From Neophaeotheca triangularis (Eukaryota): DNA of 64,000 nucleotides. The position numbers and the translations under genes were made by a program. Shown in pieces: positions 1 to 11,649 of the stretch; position 1 is the stretch's first letter, and every line of letters begins with the position of its first letter. The notes under the pieces are model-generated. The model had not been told where the DNA came from and made no database searches. It saw only the letters and a program-made list of their open reading frames with translations. The stretch spans positions 434,001 through 498,000 of the forward strand of contig BAAIJX010000001.1 in NCBI GenBank assembly GCA_054600435.1, in the 5' to 3' direction.

Positions 1-228
1 GTTCAATGAGTTTTCGCAGAAGGCAGGCGGTATAGTGTCTCGGGAGTCGTGAGGAACCGCTGGCAGGTACATATGGCCAGGTGAAGTGCGGTCGTCAGCG
101 AAGCTCCGCTTTTCCCCCTCGGCATTCATCAAAGCTTCACGTGATGGCGCGTTGCTTTCCAGATTCGTCCTCGAGTAGCTTGTAGACACCCGACAGCACC
201 GGCTCGACCACGCCCATTCAACACTCAT

Positions 229-2943
229 ATGCTCTCCCCTGGTGCACTTTTGGCGCTACCGGCATGCCTACGCTGTCAACTGTACCAGGCTATTTTTCGC
301 CCGAGACCCTCTGCAACCCTTACCGTCGGGGCGAAGTCATGTCGATTCCTCCACCACAGCAGTCGCAGGCTGCAAGACGTCGAAGGTGCCGAGAGAATCC
401 TACCGGACGAAGGACGAGCACATCGCGGTGAACCTAGCCGGCACGACCGGTCCTACAAGTACCGACACATCTACCCCAATGGCCGAATCATCGGCAAGCC
501 AGGTCAGAGGCAACGAGAGGTCACGCAATCACTGAGCATCGAGTCGTTGGACAAGCCCACGGAGATTGTCATGCTTCAAGACCTTTCGGAAGATCCCAAC
601 AATGCTGCAAGTGGGAAAAGAAAGTCAAAGGCTGTCGTCAATGATATTGACCATGGCGAGAACACTGGCGGAGTGCTCAGCGCGAAGGACATCGAGGCCG
701 CAGTGCAAGCTGGCGAGCGGCCAGCTGAGCAGGATGAGGTCAACGCATCTATAGAATCTATACGCCCGCAGACTACAGTACTGGAGCAGACGGAATTCGA
801 TGGCCTCGTCGGTCGACTCACACGAGCCTATACTGCCCCTCAATTGTCCGCCTACCTGGACACGAACCTCGGGCGTCTGGCTGCCGAGCAGGGCGAAAAG
901 GAGGGACGGTCAGAACAAATAGCTGTAGTCTCAGCTTGGAGGGTCGGCAGGACGTCGCTGAGCAGTCGAGTCCCCGTGCGACGTGCAAAAGGGAGCGGGC
1001 AAAAGGGGACGAACAAGACGCACACTGCTCGCCAGATCCTGCGATTGGTGTGGAACGTCGTAGTACATACGGAAGAACAAGCTCTCGGAGAAATGGAGAT
1101 AAAACTGGAGCCATGGCAGGTTGCTTGCCTGTTCGATCTAACACTCGAGCAGCAGCCTTTGTATCGCCAGCTGTTCACATCCGACTTCCTTCTTCGCGTG
1201 TCTGAAATTCGCCCATATCGAAAAGACAACGTCGTGCGCATCACTGCACGTCGACAGGACGCCGAGGAAATTGCTCGTTTGCTTCAAATTGGCCTACTGC
1301 ATTTCCGACGTTCGACTTTTGCATCATCGCTGTTCGAAGCTTTTCTGGGCAACCCAGGATGGCCATCAACTCTTGCCGAGCTGTTCAGTGATGAGGATGT
1401 ACGCGTGGTATCAGACCGGAGCAAAGCTCTCGTCACGAGAGAGCCGAATGGCGACATGACCATCTACGGTCGACGTTGGTCTGAGCGCCGTACAGCCTGG
1501 CGCTTACTGTTGTCGCTCCTTCATCTGCCTTCCGATGAGACCTTTTCGAGCTTGCTGCCTTTTCATCGCGCGAGTCGAGAGGATGGCAGTACGAAGAGAG
1601 ATGCTTTCGCTATGCTTCCAGTAAGCAGCAGTGGTTTGCAGTTGCGCTTGAGACGCCGGAATTGGTACAGATTCACGGCACTGCACAAAGCATATGAGTC
1701 TGCGCACGGCCCTGAAGACAATTCTGATCATGCTGAGTCTGATGTGCAAGATGATGCGTCATGTAAGGATCGCTATCTCGAAGCAGCGTCCCATCTATCA
1801 GAAATCACTCCCAAAGCCGGCAACCTTCAAGAATCGCACTCCACGAAGCGTTTCGAGCCTGAAATTGCTCCACAGAATAACTGGGAGCTCACCGAGGATG
1901 GTGCGACAGCTTGGCGAGCCAGCGTAGGAAGACTCGTCTACCACGTCCCAGACTCAAGCTCGGGCAGGGTAGCGAGGTCCAAAGGGGACTTTATATCAGG
2001 CGTCAGAGCAACACATCTTAGGACACTACTACACAATATACCCGGCATGGAAGCACTACTGACTTACTTCCGACAACGCCGATCGTATGCAGCTTTCGAA
2101 ACCAAGCCTCGGTTGATAGCGAACTTTGTACCCTTCTCTGCGGATGGGAAAAGTACCAGCGAAACGCTCACCCAATTCCCTCGCGTGACGATGAGTTTCG
2201 TTGTCAAAGGAAGAGTAGATGGCGAAGAGATTGAGTTTGAAAGGGTGTCCGCATCAACAAGGAGTCACGTGGTTGCGGCGCATTGTCCCGACAAAGCAGT
2301 CGATCTTCAATTCAGGAGAGGAGTGAGTGTGACCTCTGGCCGCAAAGCCCTAAACGAACCTGAGGTTGCAGCCTTCGTAGAGCGGCTGCAGGAATCTGTG
2401 AGAGCCCGCGGGAGTCTCCACGCGGCGCCCTCGGTGACCTTTGACATGCCCAACGCTCTCTTCGATCAGGATGGTGGGATGCAACGCGAACAAGGCAAAA
2501 CATCAAAGCGGAAGCCAAAGGCGCCCTCTGCGAACACGAGGGTTCGCTACCTGTTTGCAGGGTTCGAGCAGAAGGAGACTATCGACCTCTGGCCCGATCT
2601 AGACACGAAATCGAAGCTGTCACGGGAAGCACCGAAGGAAGCTGGCCTGCTGGATGCCTTGTCAGGTTTCATACTGAGGCGTAGCGAGATCAATGGCGGC
2701 GAATTTGGTGGTCGGAGGGTCGAGTATGAGTTGCTACGCATACCTCACGATGCTCGCGGTTCGCAGAAGACGGAGAAGGGCGACGATGAAGGGCAGGGAG
2801 AACAGAAGGCATGCAAAGGTGATGAGACGGAGGGTCAGGATCGAGATGTTCGGAAGGAACACATACTGCGGCTCTCTAAGGCTGCTTTTGCGTTGGCCGA
2901 CCTCGTGACCATGGCCAGTAGCGGCAAACTTCGGACGGTCTGA
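229..2943 (+). CDS. SLS1: Mitochondrial inner-membrane-bound regulator Sls1-like protein (intronless, 904 aa)
   Basis: Long uninterrupted ORF with an Arg/Ser/Leu-rich presequence-like N-terminus. Segments YPNGRIIGKPGQRQRE..LSIESLDKPTEIVML and FDGLVGRLTRAYTAPQLSAY resemble Pezizomycotina SLS-family proteins as I recall them. Confidence 0.65.
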   Translation: MLSPGALLALPACLRCQLYQAIFRPRPSATLTVGAKSCRFLHHSSRRLQDVEGAERILPDEGRAHRGEPSRHDRSYKYRHIYPNGRIIGKPGQRQREVTQSLSIESLDKPTEIVMLQDLSEDPNNAASGKRKSKAVVNDIDHGENTGGVLSAKDIEAAVQAGERPAEQDEVNASIESIRPQTTVLEQTEFDGLVGRLTRAYTAPQLSAYLDTNLGRLAAEQGEKEGRSEQIAVVSAWRVGRTSLSSRVPVRRAKGSGQKGTNKTHTARQILRLVWNVVVHTEEQALGEMEIKLEPWQVACLFDLTLEQQPLYRQLFTSDFLLRVSEIRPYRKDNVVRITARRQDAEEIARLLQIGLLHFRRSTFASSLFEAFLGNPGWPSTLAELFSDEDVRVVSDRSKALVTREPNGDMTIYGRRWSERRTAWRLLLSLLHLPSDETFSSLLPFHRASREDGSTKRDAFAMLPVSSSGLQLRLRRRNWYRFTALHKAYESAHGPEDNSDHAESDVQDDASCKDRYLEAASHLSEITPKAGNLQESHSTKRFEPEIAPQNNWELTEDGATAWRASVGRLVYHVPDSSSGRVARSKGDFISGVRATHLRTLLHNIPGMEALLTYFRQRRSYAAFETKPRLIANFVPFSADGKSTSETLTQFPRVTMSFVVKGRVDGEEIEFERVSASTRSHVVAAHCPDKAVDLQFRRGVSVTSGRKALNEPEVAAFVERLQESVRARGSLHAAPSVTFDMPNALFDQDGGMQREQGKTSKRKPKAPSANTRVRYLFAGFEQKETIDLWPDLDTKSKLSREAPKEAGLLDALSGFILRRSEINGGEFGGRRVEYELLRIPHDARGSQKTEKGDDEGQGEQKACKGDETEGQDRDVRKEHILRLSKAAFALADLVTMASSGKLRTV

Positions 2944-3739
2944 AGGCAGGAGAAGAGATTCGGGGGTGAACGATTACCGCGCACGCGAGAGGTTTGAGCA
3001 ACTGCTTCGCAATTAGACTACATGATACGCTCATCTTGGTGTTTCGCATTCCGTGGGTTGGGCAGCGCCTTTGTAACGAGTAAAGTGAGTCGCAGCGGGA
3101 TGGCTCGCGCATCTGGTATGTGAGGGCTCCATTCACACTGTGAGCCGTGGAGGGGAGACAAGATTGCAGCGGTGATATGAGCATTACACCACCCGCCCCT
3201 CAATGTGCGGATAAAGTGAAGGGTGGTTGTGAACTATACTACTAATCGATCCACCAAGACGCATCCACTGGCTGACAGCCAAAGGAATCGATGTCGAGAC
3301 CGGTTCAATGGGAAGCTGCAGAGAGTGCTATGGTGAAAACACGTGACTGCCCAAGAAGATTGGGAAAACGTCAGATGTGGCAGGTAATCGGGTGCCAGGT
3401 GACGGTGTGCTCTCTCGTTGAGTTCGTCCGTCATCGAGGGCCACAATTCGATAGTGAAGGGACATGATGATATCCACTGTAGTATTCGCCACATGCAGAA
3501 TCTTTGCCCAACGCTAGCAACTAGTGTGAATGAGGTTCACCTGAAGGGACGTCGACGTCACATGTTTTGGCTGCGCGGGCGTAGGTAGAGTCACACTCAG
3601 AGATTCGAACGCACAAGTGGGGGTAGGCGCTCGGACCAGGAGCGAAAATCTAAATATTCTACTTTGTCCCTCTCCAAGCCAACCTTTCTCTCTTCTTCCC
3701 CTCGTCTTTCATACCTGGTTTATTCGGCAACCAATCTGA

Positions 3740-3826
3740 GTACGTCTCTTCCAACACTTGCAATACCTTGAGCATCTCTCTGCTCTTTGCACACGACCGC
3801 CGTCAACTAACACAAGTCGTTGCTAG
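3740..3826 (+). other. 5'UTR intron of TEF1
   Basis: GTACGT donor at 3740, ACTAAC branch at 3806-3811 and TAG acceptor at 3824-3826. It lies between a CT-rich core promoter tract (about 3661-3710) and the ATG at 3881. Confidence 0.75.
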
Positions 3827-3880
3827 AATTTCAAACCACTTCACCTCCATCTTCCGACTCACAACACAACAACCGCCAAC

Positions 3881-5725
3881 ATGGGGTATGTACCGCCCAG
3901 CCTCTATCGGCAGCAAGGCCACCATTTGACTCCCAACGCAGTCGCTAACAGATTGCCTACAGTAAGGAGAAGACTCACATCAACATCGTCGTTATCGGCC
4001 ACGTCGATTCCGGCAAGTCGACCACCACCGGCCGTAAGACATTCTCCATTCCTTACTGCAAACAAGAGCCACGACTCACATGACAACACAGACTTGATCT
4101 ACAAGTGCGGTGGTATCGACAAGCGTACCATTGAGAAGTTCGAGAAGGTTAGTTGACGCTACACACCACTGCGCACACTGCCAACATACCGAGCGACTGC
4201 GAAATTTCAATATCGCTCGCAGTTTTGCGGTGGGATTGAGGGGCAGGCGGCTCGCGTCACTGTGGGGCATTCAGGCTCTGACGCTTCAACGCTTTGCCGC
4301 TTCGGGCTTGGGTGCAACACCACTTCATGACCTAGACAGCCCTATCATCGCCCACGATTCGATGTTGGCACTGTGTGCTTTCTTCGCATATGACCGTCCG
4401 CTGACAGTAATTCCCAACAGGAAGCCGCCGAGTTGGGCAAGGGTTCCTTCAAGTACGCCTGGGTCCTCGACAAGCTCAAGGCCGAGCGTGAGCGTGGTAT
4501 CACCATTGATATCGCCCTCTGGAAGTTCGAGACCCCGAAGTACTATGTCACTGTCATTGGTTCGTATCTATCGCAAACGCTCGATTGACAAGAACACCTT
4601 GCTAATCATGCTGCAGACGCCCCTGGCCACCGTGACTTCATCAAGAACATGATCACTGGTACCTCCCAGGCTGACTGCGCTATCCTGATTATCGCTGCCG
4701 GTACTGGTGAGTTCGAGGCTGGTATCTCCAAGGACGGCCAGACCCGTGAGCACGCTCTGCTCGCCTACACCCTCGGTGTCAGGCAGCTCATCGTCGCCAT
4801 CAACAAGATGGACACCACCAAGTGGTCCGAGGACCGTTACGGCGAGATCATCAAGGAGACTTCCTCCTTCATCAAGAAGGTCGGCTACAACCCCAAGACC
4901 GTCCCCTTCGTCCCGATCTCCGGCTTCAACGGCGACAACATGCTTGAGCCTTCCACCAACTGCCCCTGGTACAAGGGCTGGGAGAAGGAGACCAAGTCCA
5001 AGTCCACCGGCAAAACCCTTCTCGAGGCCATTGACGCCATCGACCCCCCTCAGCGTCCATCCGACAAGCCCCTCCGTCTGCCCCTCCAGGATGTCTACAA
5101 GATTGGAGGCATTGGCACGGTCCCTGTCGGTCGTGTTGAGACCGGTACCATCAAGGCTGGTATGGTCGTCACCTTCGCCCCCGCTGGTGTCACCACCGAA
5201 GTCAAGTCCGTCGAGATGCACCACGAGCAGCTTCCCGAGGGTCTGCCCGGTGACAACGTCGGCTTCAACGTCAAGAACGTTTCCGTCAAGGAAATCCGTC
5301 GTGGCAACGTCGCCGGTGACACCAAGCAGGACCCCCCCAAGGGCTGCGACTCTTTCAACGCCCAGGTCATTGTCCTGAACCACCCTGGTCAGGTAGGTGC
5401 CGGTTACGCGCCAGTCCTCGACTGCCACACCGCCCACATTGCCTGCAAGTTCTCTGAGCTCCTCGAGAAGATCGACCGCCGTACCGGCAAGTCGATGGAA
5501 GACAACCCCAAGTTCATCAAGTCTGGTGACGCTGCCATCGTCAAGATGATTCCCTCCAAGCCCATGTGCGTCGAGCCTTTCACCGACTACCCCCCGCTTG
5601 GTCGTTTCGCCGTACGTGACATGAGGCAGACCGTTGCCGTCGGTGTCATCAAGTCAGTCGCCAAGTCTGAGAAGTCTGGTGCCGGCAAGGTCACCAAGGC
5701 TGCCCAGAAGGCCACCAAGAAATAA
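3881..5725 (+). CDS. TEF1: Translation elongation factor 1-alpha; coding exons 3881-3885, 3963-4033, 4092-4147, 4421-4559, 4617-5725
   Basis: Spliced product [77 protein letters not shown]. Four canonical GT-AG introns and strong C-ending codon bias. Confidence 0.99.
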
Positions 5726-6445
5726 GCGCGTTACGCTGGCCTGCGGTGTCGCCAAAAGCGAGTGTTTGCGGGCGATGGTTGCTTGGGCTTCGCCGTCTTC
5801 ACGGACAGCGGACCTTCTCTTCTGCTCACCCTCTTGCATCATACCCGGTCTACCATAACCACCTTGTTTTTTTGAGCGGTCGAAGAGCTTGCACTCGCCA
5901 TGGCCGTATGGGCTTGTGCAACGCTCACACAAAATCACGGTCACGATTTCCTTTGTCATGCATGGAATCACGAAGCGAGTTGATGACGGCGGTTTACGAT
6001 GGGTGCTACTACTGCAGATGATGCGTGGGAACCTCGCGTTGGTTTGCCTGCCTGTAGCTTAGATTTCGAACTCCTAGCCCATCAATGAATATTTGGGAGT
6101 GCAATAACTTTGTCATATCCATTTCGCTGTGACATGTTTGTGCTGTCGTATGTCTCCGTCCACTGTGAACTCTCAGGGATACGTTCCGCCACTCTGCTGT
6201 CGTCTGTACATGTACGTCCCGAGACTTGATTCGAATAGATTACAGTATTAACCAGGAAGTATCCTTCTCCGCGCGTCTTGCTTTCAGCCAATCCGAGCTT
6301 TGCTTTACTCATCGAGGCATCGCTTGTCTGGTTCTAGATCAACAGCATTCGACTACGCCACGATCCGCTACCTACCAGCCATCAACACGTCTACCTTCAG
6401 ATGACTGGTCATGGTAGCCACCCAGCGTTAGGAACTCCGACAACA

Positions 6446-7952
6446 ATGTCTACCCACGCGTCGCGTTCGGACCCAGACGCCATCGCCGACTGCGTCTTGG
6501 CCGCTTTCGACGCGCTGCCTTTGAAGTTCAAACCTCGGACGCTCCAACCGCAACCCGGTGGTCGGAGGAGGGAATGGGTCCCGCTTGCGGGGGTGGTGGT
6601 TGTGAGGGGTGCGTTTTTTGTCTAGATTTCCCCTTGTATCCATGCATTCATCTATTCATCTGTTCCCCCGTCTGCTCTTCCGGTTGGGGGAGGCGGTGGT
6701 TGACTGTCCCTTGAGTTGCTGAGTGAATGACTGATTCTCCTCCGCTCTAGATGACGATCCAGAGACCTTGTACTGCGTCGCGCTCGCCACTGGCATGAAG
6801 TGTCTGCCCGTCGACAAGGTGCGGCAAGCCCAAGGCAACGTGCTGCACGATTCTCACGCAGAGGTTTTGGCGCTCAGGGCTTTTAACCGCTGGGTCCTGG
6901 ATCAGTGTCGGGAGGTGTTGGGTGAAGGCGGGCAAGAGGGGAAATGGGTGAGGAGGACGACGGGGTTGGGCAGGGGATTTGGGGTCCCGGAGGGCGACGG
7001 AGACGGTGTTGTTGAGGGGGAAGAGTACGGTGAAGGTAATTGTGCTCGCCGGCCTTTTGCTCTCCAACCCGGCGTTCGTGTCCACATGTACTGCTCGCAA
7101 GCCCCGTGCGGTGACGCGAGCATGGAGCTCACCATGGCGGCACAAGAGGACGCGACGCCTTGGGCCGCGAAATCCGTTCCCCTATCTAGCAGCTCTCCTG
7201 ACGCTATCGACAGTACCGCTGCTGCTCCTACTGCTACGACTGCTCTGCCCGGCCGCGCCCACTTCGACCAGCTGGGCATCGTGCGCCGCAAACCGGCGCG
7301 TCCAGACGCTCCGCCCACACTGTCGAAGAGCTGCTCCGACAAGCTCGCGCTCAAGCAGTTCACGTCGCTGCTCAGCGGCGTCGTGAGTCTGCTTGTGGAA
7401 ACGGGAAACGCGTACCTGACCTCGCTAGTGCTACCACGGGACCAGTGTGTGCCTGAGGCGATGCAGAGGGCTTTTGGGGCAGACGGAAGGTTGAAAGGGG
7501 TCACGGACGACGAGCGCCGGCTGCACTGGCAGAAAGGGTACGCTTTCCGGCCTTTCGAAGTCAAGACTACGAGCAGAAGATTTCAGTTCGCGAGGGAGGC
7601 GGCTGAAGGAATCAAGGAGCTGCCGCCGGCTGCTAGTAATCTTGCCGCTTTGGCGACGCCGGAGAGGAGAGAGGTGCTGATTGCTGGCATTTTGCAGGGG
7701 AGGAAGCAGGGGGATCCTAAGGGTGCGAGTTGTGTCTCGAGGCGTAGGGTTTGGGAGGCTGCGGTTGAGGTTGCGGTTGCGGCAGGTTTGAACGGGGTGG
7801 GTGCGGTTTTGGGGAGGAGGGGGTTGGGTTATGGGGGTTTGAAGGCGGGTTCGGGGTTGGCCGGGAGGAGGAAGGTAAAGGCGGATGTGAGGGAGAGAGG
7901 CCTGAGGGGTTGGATCCGGAATGAAGGGGATGATGGATGGGGGCTTGGATGA
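6446..7952 (+). CDS. TAD1: tRNA-specific adenosine deaminase (Tad1/ADAT1); exons 6446-6608, 6751-7952 (in-frame upstream ATG at 6401 possible)
   Basis: Motifs EWVPLAGVV, ALATGMKCLP, LHDSHAEVLALRAF, CSQAPCGDASM and RRKPARPDAPPTLSKSCSDKL. Intron GTGCGT(6609)..CTAG(6750) joins the frames. Confidence 0.93.
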
Positions 7953-8908
7953 GAAGGTAGAGGTAGTGAGTGGCAGTCGTCTTCACGGTATCGACGCCTA
8001 GGGACGGTAAAGGTGTTTGCATGGCTTTGACACTGTGGGTCAGGGCGCTGGAAGCATCTCAGCATGGCCGTGGGACCATATTCTGGGCTGTCTGGACAGG
8101 GGACGGATGTGTCCTGCAGAATGATTGTGGCTGTTGACTCCTAATGGTCGGATGATGCCAGAGCCGCTCCGGGAGGGCGTTGTAGAGTAAACGACACTGA
8201 GGCATCGTCCTTGGCAGATGGCGCAAGAGGAAAGATACCTTCTGTGCACAGCTGCTTGGTACTTACATGGCTGTGGGCGACACGAGTTCATGGAAACGTA
8301 GATTCAAGGACACAGCACCAAGTAGAGAGGAGTAGGATTGTCTGCTTTTTGTACATAACTACTTAGCCCTTGTGCTTCGAGTGCTGTTGACCATTTCGAA
8401 GGCTTGAATTGTGTCAGGGAACCAGATTCTCCCATCTGGGGAGTGCGTCCAACCGCGCACTTGATGCTCGAGCGCTTTCATTCGCCCGTCCACGTATGTC
8501 GTGCTGACCCCTTCCGAGGGTGCAGTACTGCCCTCCCCCTGCTGTACCTGGGAGCGTCACAATGCGAACTTTTCGGCGTTGTCTTGTCAGTGTTCGGTGT
8601 AACTAGATGGCGAACAGGATCAGTATTGAGGTTTCGCGAGCCGAAGGCACGTATCCACCTTCATGTAATGTATATCGCAAGTCCCGTAGGGATAGCGCGA
8701 GCCTACTGCGTATGGGTAGGCCAAACATGGCCGGGTCGCACCTTGCTGTGCCCCAGTTCTTTATCCCAAGACCCTCGAGAGTCGCCATCCCATCGATTCA
8801 ACTTGTATGTCGGTCGCTGGAGCATATCGCTGTTCGCTTCCACTGCCATGACTTTCCACAACGACAGCGATCCGCATCACTTCTTTAATCTGAGCCGTAC
8901 GCCCACAA

Positions 8909-9565
8909 TCAACCAGCCTTCCCCTTCTTGCGTTTCTCTTTGGCCTCCTTCTTCGCCTTGGCCTCATCAGCCATCTTCCGATGCACCTTCAACTCCATAT
9001 CATGCTGATCCTTCAAATTCTTGAGCTTCTTCTCAATCTCATCGTTCTTCTCCTTGGCCTTGCGTCTAGCCTCAACACGCTTCTTCAGCTCTTCCAAGTT
9101 AACATCGATTTCCTTTTGCTGACGCGCGCGCAGCTCTTCCGCGCTCGAAATATCCTTGTTTTCTTCCAGAAAGTCGTTTGTGAAGGTGTCCTGGTCTGGG
9201 TCCAAGCCCGGTCCGCCTTCGAGGTAGCCGCCAGGATGGGTGAGTTTGATGCCCGGTACGGCGGATGCGAAGATGCGTCTCGAGTCGGTCAGAGGTAGGG
9301 GCAGATCGTTTTCTTGGATGTTTGGCAGGCTGAGGCTCGAGATGTCTTTGGCGCGCACCGAGATGCCGTCGACGGGTTGCTCCTTGCTGTCTTCGGGGAT
9401 GATACGGATTCCGCCATCGTTGCTCGGGGGCTCGAGGATAATTTGCATCACGCTGTCCTCGTAGTCGGCATCGTATTTCAGGTCGTGCGGGACGTAGCTT
9501 GCGTATCCGTTGCTTGGGGGTGTGTCTGAGGGCGGCGTCGGCCCTCCATTGCTTGTCGTCGCCAT
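8909..9565 (-). CDS. Conserved fungal hypothetical protein with C-terminal charged coiled coil (218 aa)
   Basis: ATG-initiated ORF with coding-like codon usage, a globular-looking core (RRIFASAVPGIKLTHPGGYLEGGPG) and an E/K/R-rich helical tail. Confidence 0.8.
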   Translation of the reverse strand: MATTSNGGPTPPSDTPPSNGYASYVPHDLKYDADYEDSVMQIILEPPSNDGGIRIIPEDSKEQPVDGISVRAKDISSLSLPNIQENDLPLPLTDSRRIFASAVPGIKLTHPGGYLEGGPGLDPDQDTFTNDFLEENKDISSAEELRARQQKEIDVNLEELKKRVEARRKAKEKNDEIEKKLKNLKDQHDMELKVHRKMADEAKAKKEAKEKRKKGKAG

Positions 9566-9860
9566 GCTGGACTATGCCAGCTGCCTCGTATAGATTGCCA
9601 AAGGTGCGGAACAAGGTATGCAAGGGTTGTGCTGTGGTGGAAGTGGAAGTGGGGTCTTGGTATGGAAGCGGGACAGCCGACGAACGAGCTTGGGACGGGA
9701 CGTGGTTTGGCCTCCTCACTTCCTCTTTGGGATTGTAACATCTTGAAGTAACACACTTTCTTCCTCTCTGAAGCGAAGGAGAAATCGAACTGGTGCTATT
9801 GCAAATGTCTAGTCTTGAAACGAGGCCTTTCGCGTTTGCAAAGTACCCACTTGCGTAAAT

Positions 9861-11636
9861 ATGTCAAGTGATCTCTTCGCTGCCTTTGGCTCGCCCTGCG
9901 AAGAGCTTAATCGCCAGACAACCGGACACGCTCAACCCGAATATTTCGAATCGCCTGCACTAGGTAGCCAAGCACAGCAGGACGCTTCTGCAGGGGGGTC
10001 CAGCGAGTCCCAGGAAGATGACGACGACTTTGGAGACTTCGAAGATGCTTCGACGCCTGCAGCGACAGGGCCACCACCTACAAAGACTCAGACGCAACCA
10101 TCTGGACCTGGTTCTACACCTTCGAGCCAGGCCAACCGCAATGACCCGCCAACAAAGTCGCCGACGGCATCAAGCGTGCCCGCAAAGCAAGTCAGCAGGC
10201 AAGAACAGCCCCCAGACCCCAGCGTAGGACAGCATCCCTTTGCCAGCCGCATGGATTTACTCTTCGATGCTGGAGAGGACGAGTATGACGCGGGTGCTGA
10301 TGAGATGGGAGACATTTCGAGCAACCCGGAAGCCGCTGCAGCGTATTCGAAACGTCTGATCGCGGAGCAAGAAGCCGCCCGTATACGTCAGGCAAGAAGC
10401 ACAGCAGCACCAAGTAGACATGCAACATTATACTCGTTGCCGGCCCGCAAGGAACCCTCAAATTCTGGATCCTCTTCTAAGCCATTGCCACAGCAGTCTG
10501 AGCAGAGATCGCCGAATAAGCTTAAGAAGAAGTCTGGCTATACCCCTCAACGGGATCAGAATGTGCTTTTTGATGCCGAGAATCTCAGCGATCACACAGG
10601 GTCGGAGGACGAAGACTGGGGCGATTTCGAAGAAAGCACAACGCCACAGCCTCAAGAAACCGCGCCAACTGACCCACGACAGAGACAAGAGCCGCCACCC
10701 ACTGCGGCTGGCTTGGATCTTCTGAGTCTCAACGATGAATCTCAGAATTTGACCAATGTGATACATGATCATGCCAAACATAATTCTACGCAAATCCCAG
10801 CTGACACCGAGGCTGTGGACGATGAGCCATGCGATGATTTCGAAGAGGCCACCCAGCCAGTAACCAAAGAGCCTGTCGATCAATCTAATGACCTCATCCC
10901 TTGGTCAGGCTTCATGCTTCAATCCATCGCAGCGATAGGCGAAAGGACAGACAACCCTTCCCATCGCGACCACCTCCCTCCTACAAACGTCCCTCCTCCG
11001 CTCATACTCTTGTCAGTATTTCCCTCCTACTTTGCCACCACCCGCGACCTCGTCTTCGACCCCCTTTCAAAGCTCGACAGTGAGCAGCGCACCTTGATCC
11101 TCTCCGGCCCCCAAGCCCGAAAATTCCTGACAGGGTACGTCCATCTCTCGATGGTCATGGGTCACATCATTGCCGGCCGCAAATCACGCTGGAAACGAGA
11201 CCAGCACCTTGCTCAGGGTATGAGAATTGGGCCCTCGGGCGGAAGAGCTGGTATGAAGCTGACGGGGCTCGATCGAACGGAGGCCGTCAAAGAGGATCGT
11301 GAAGCTCTGGATGTTCTACGGTTATGGAAAGCGCAAGTCGGAAAATTACGGAGTACTATCAGCGCCGCAAATGCGGCTGGACCTGGGCAGGAAAAGCTGA
11401 CGAGCGTGCCGGACTTGGCTGAGCAGATGCCAATCAGAGTGCTCAAGGGGGCGGAAGGGGGAATGGTGGCGCCTCATGCTTGTGCGCTGTGTGGTCTCAA
11501 GCGTGAGGAGCGCGTGGCAAAGGTCGATGTGGAGATTCAGGATAGTTTTGGCGAGTGGTGGATCGATGGTGTCAGTATGCACAGGCTTTGTTGGGACTTC
11601 TGGTCCGTCAATCGGGAGACGCTCAAGTCCAGATAG
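9861..11636 (+). CDS. Conserved fungal hypothetical protein (591 aa) with acidic DFGDF motifs and a C-terminal Cys/His domain
   Basis: Intronless ORF with DDDDFGDFED and EDWGDFEE in a disordered N-terminal half. C-terminus has IIAGRKSRWKRD and CALCGLKREERV..DSFGEWW..HRLC. Confidence 0.85.
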   Translation: MSSDLFAAFGSPCEELNRQTTGHAQPEYFESPALGSQAQQDASAGGSSESQEDDDDFGDFEDASTPAATGPPPTKTQTQPSGPGSTPSSQANRNDPPTKSPTASSVPAKQVSRQEQPPDPSVGQHPFASRMDLLFDAGEDEYDAGADEMGDISSNPEAAAAYSKRLIAEQEAARIRQARSTAAPSRHATLYSLPARKEPSNSGSSSKPLPQQSEQRSPNKLKKKSGYTPQRDQNVLFDAENLSDHTGSEDEDWGDFEESTTPQPQETAPTDPRQRQEPPPTAAGLDLLSLNDESQNLTNVIHDHAKHNSTQIPADTEAVDDEPCDDFEEATQPVTKEPVDQSNDLIPWSGFMLQSIAAIGERTDNPSHRDHLPPTNVPPPLILLSVFPSYFATTRDLVFDPLSKLDSEQRTLILSGPQARKFLTGYVHLSMVMGHIIAGRKSRWKRDQHLAQGMRIGPSGGRAGMKLTGLDRTEAVKEDREALDVLRLWKAQVGKLRSTISAANAAGPGQEKLTSVPDLAEQMPIRVLKGAEGGMVAPHACALCGLKREERVAKVDVEIQDSFGEWWIDGVSMHRLCWDFWSVNRETLKSR

Positions 11637-11649
11637 AGCCAGTTTTTGA

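Noticed and set aside
4568..5437. 289-aa antisense ORF over TEF1 (and similar antisense ORFs over PDC, TAD1, GNAT and others)
   Set aside because: Expected shadow of strong codon bias in the sense gene.
6609..6750. Possible stwintron (nested intron) in the 142-nt TAD1 intron
   Set aside because: Removing an internal intron would leave an external intron of about 28 nt, which is too short.
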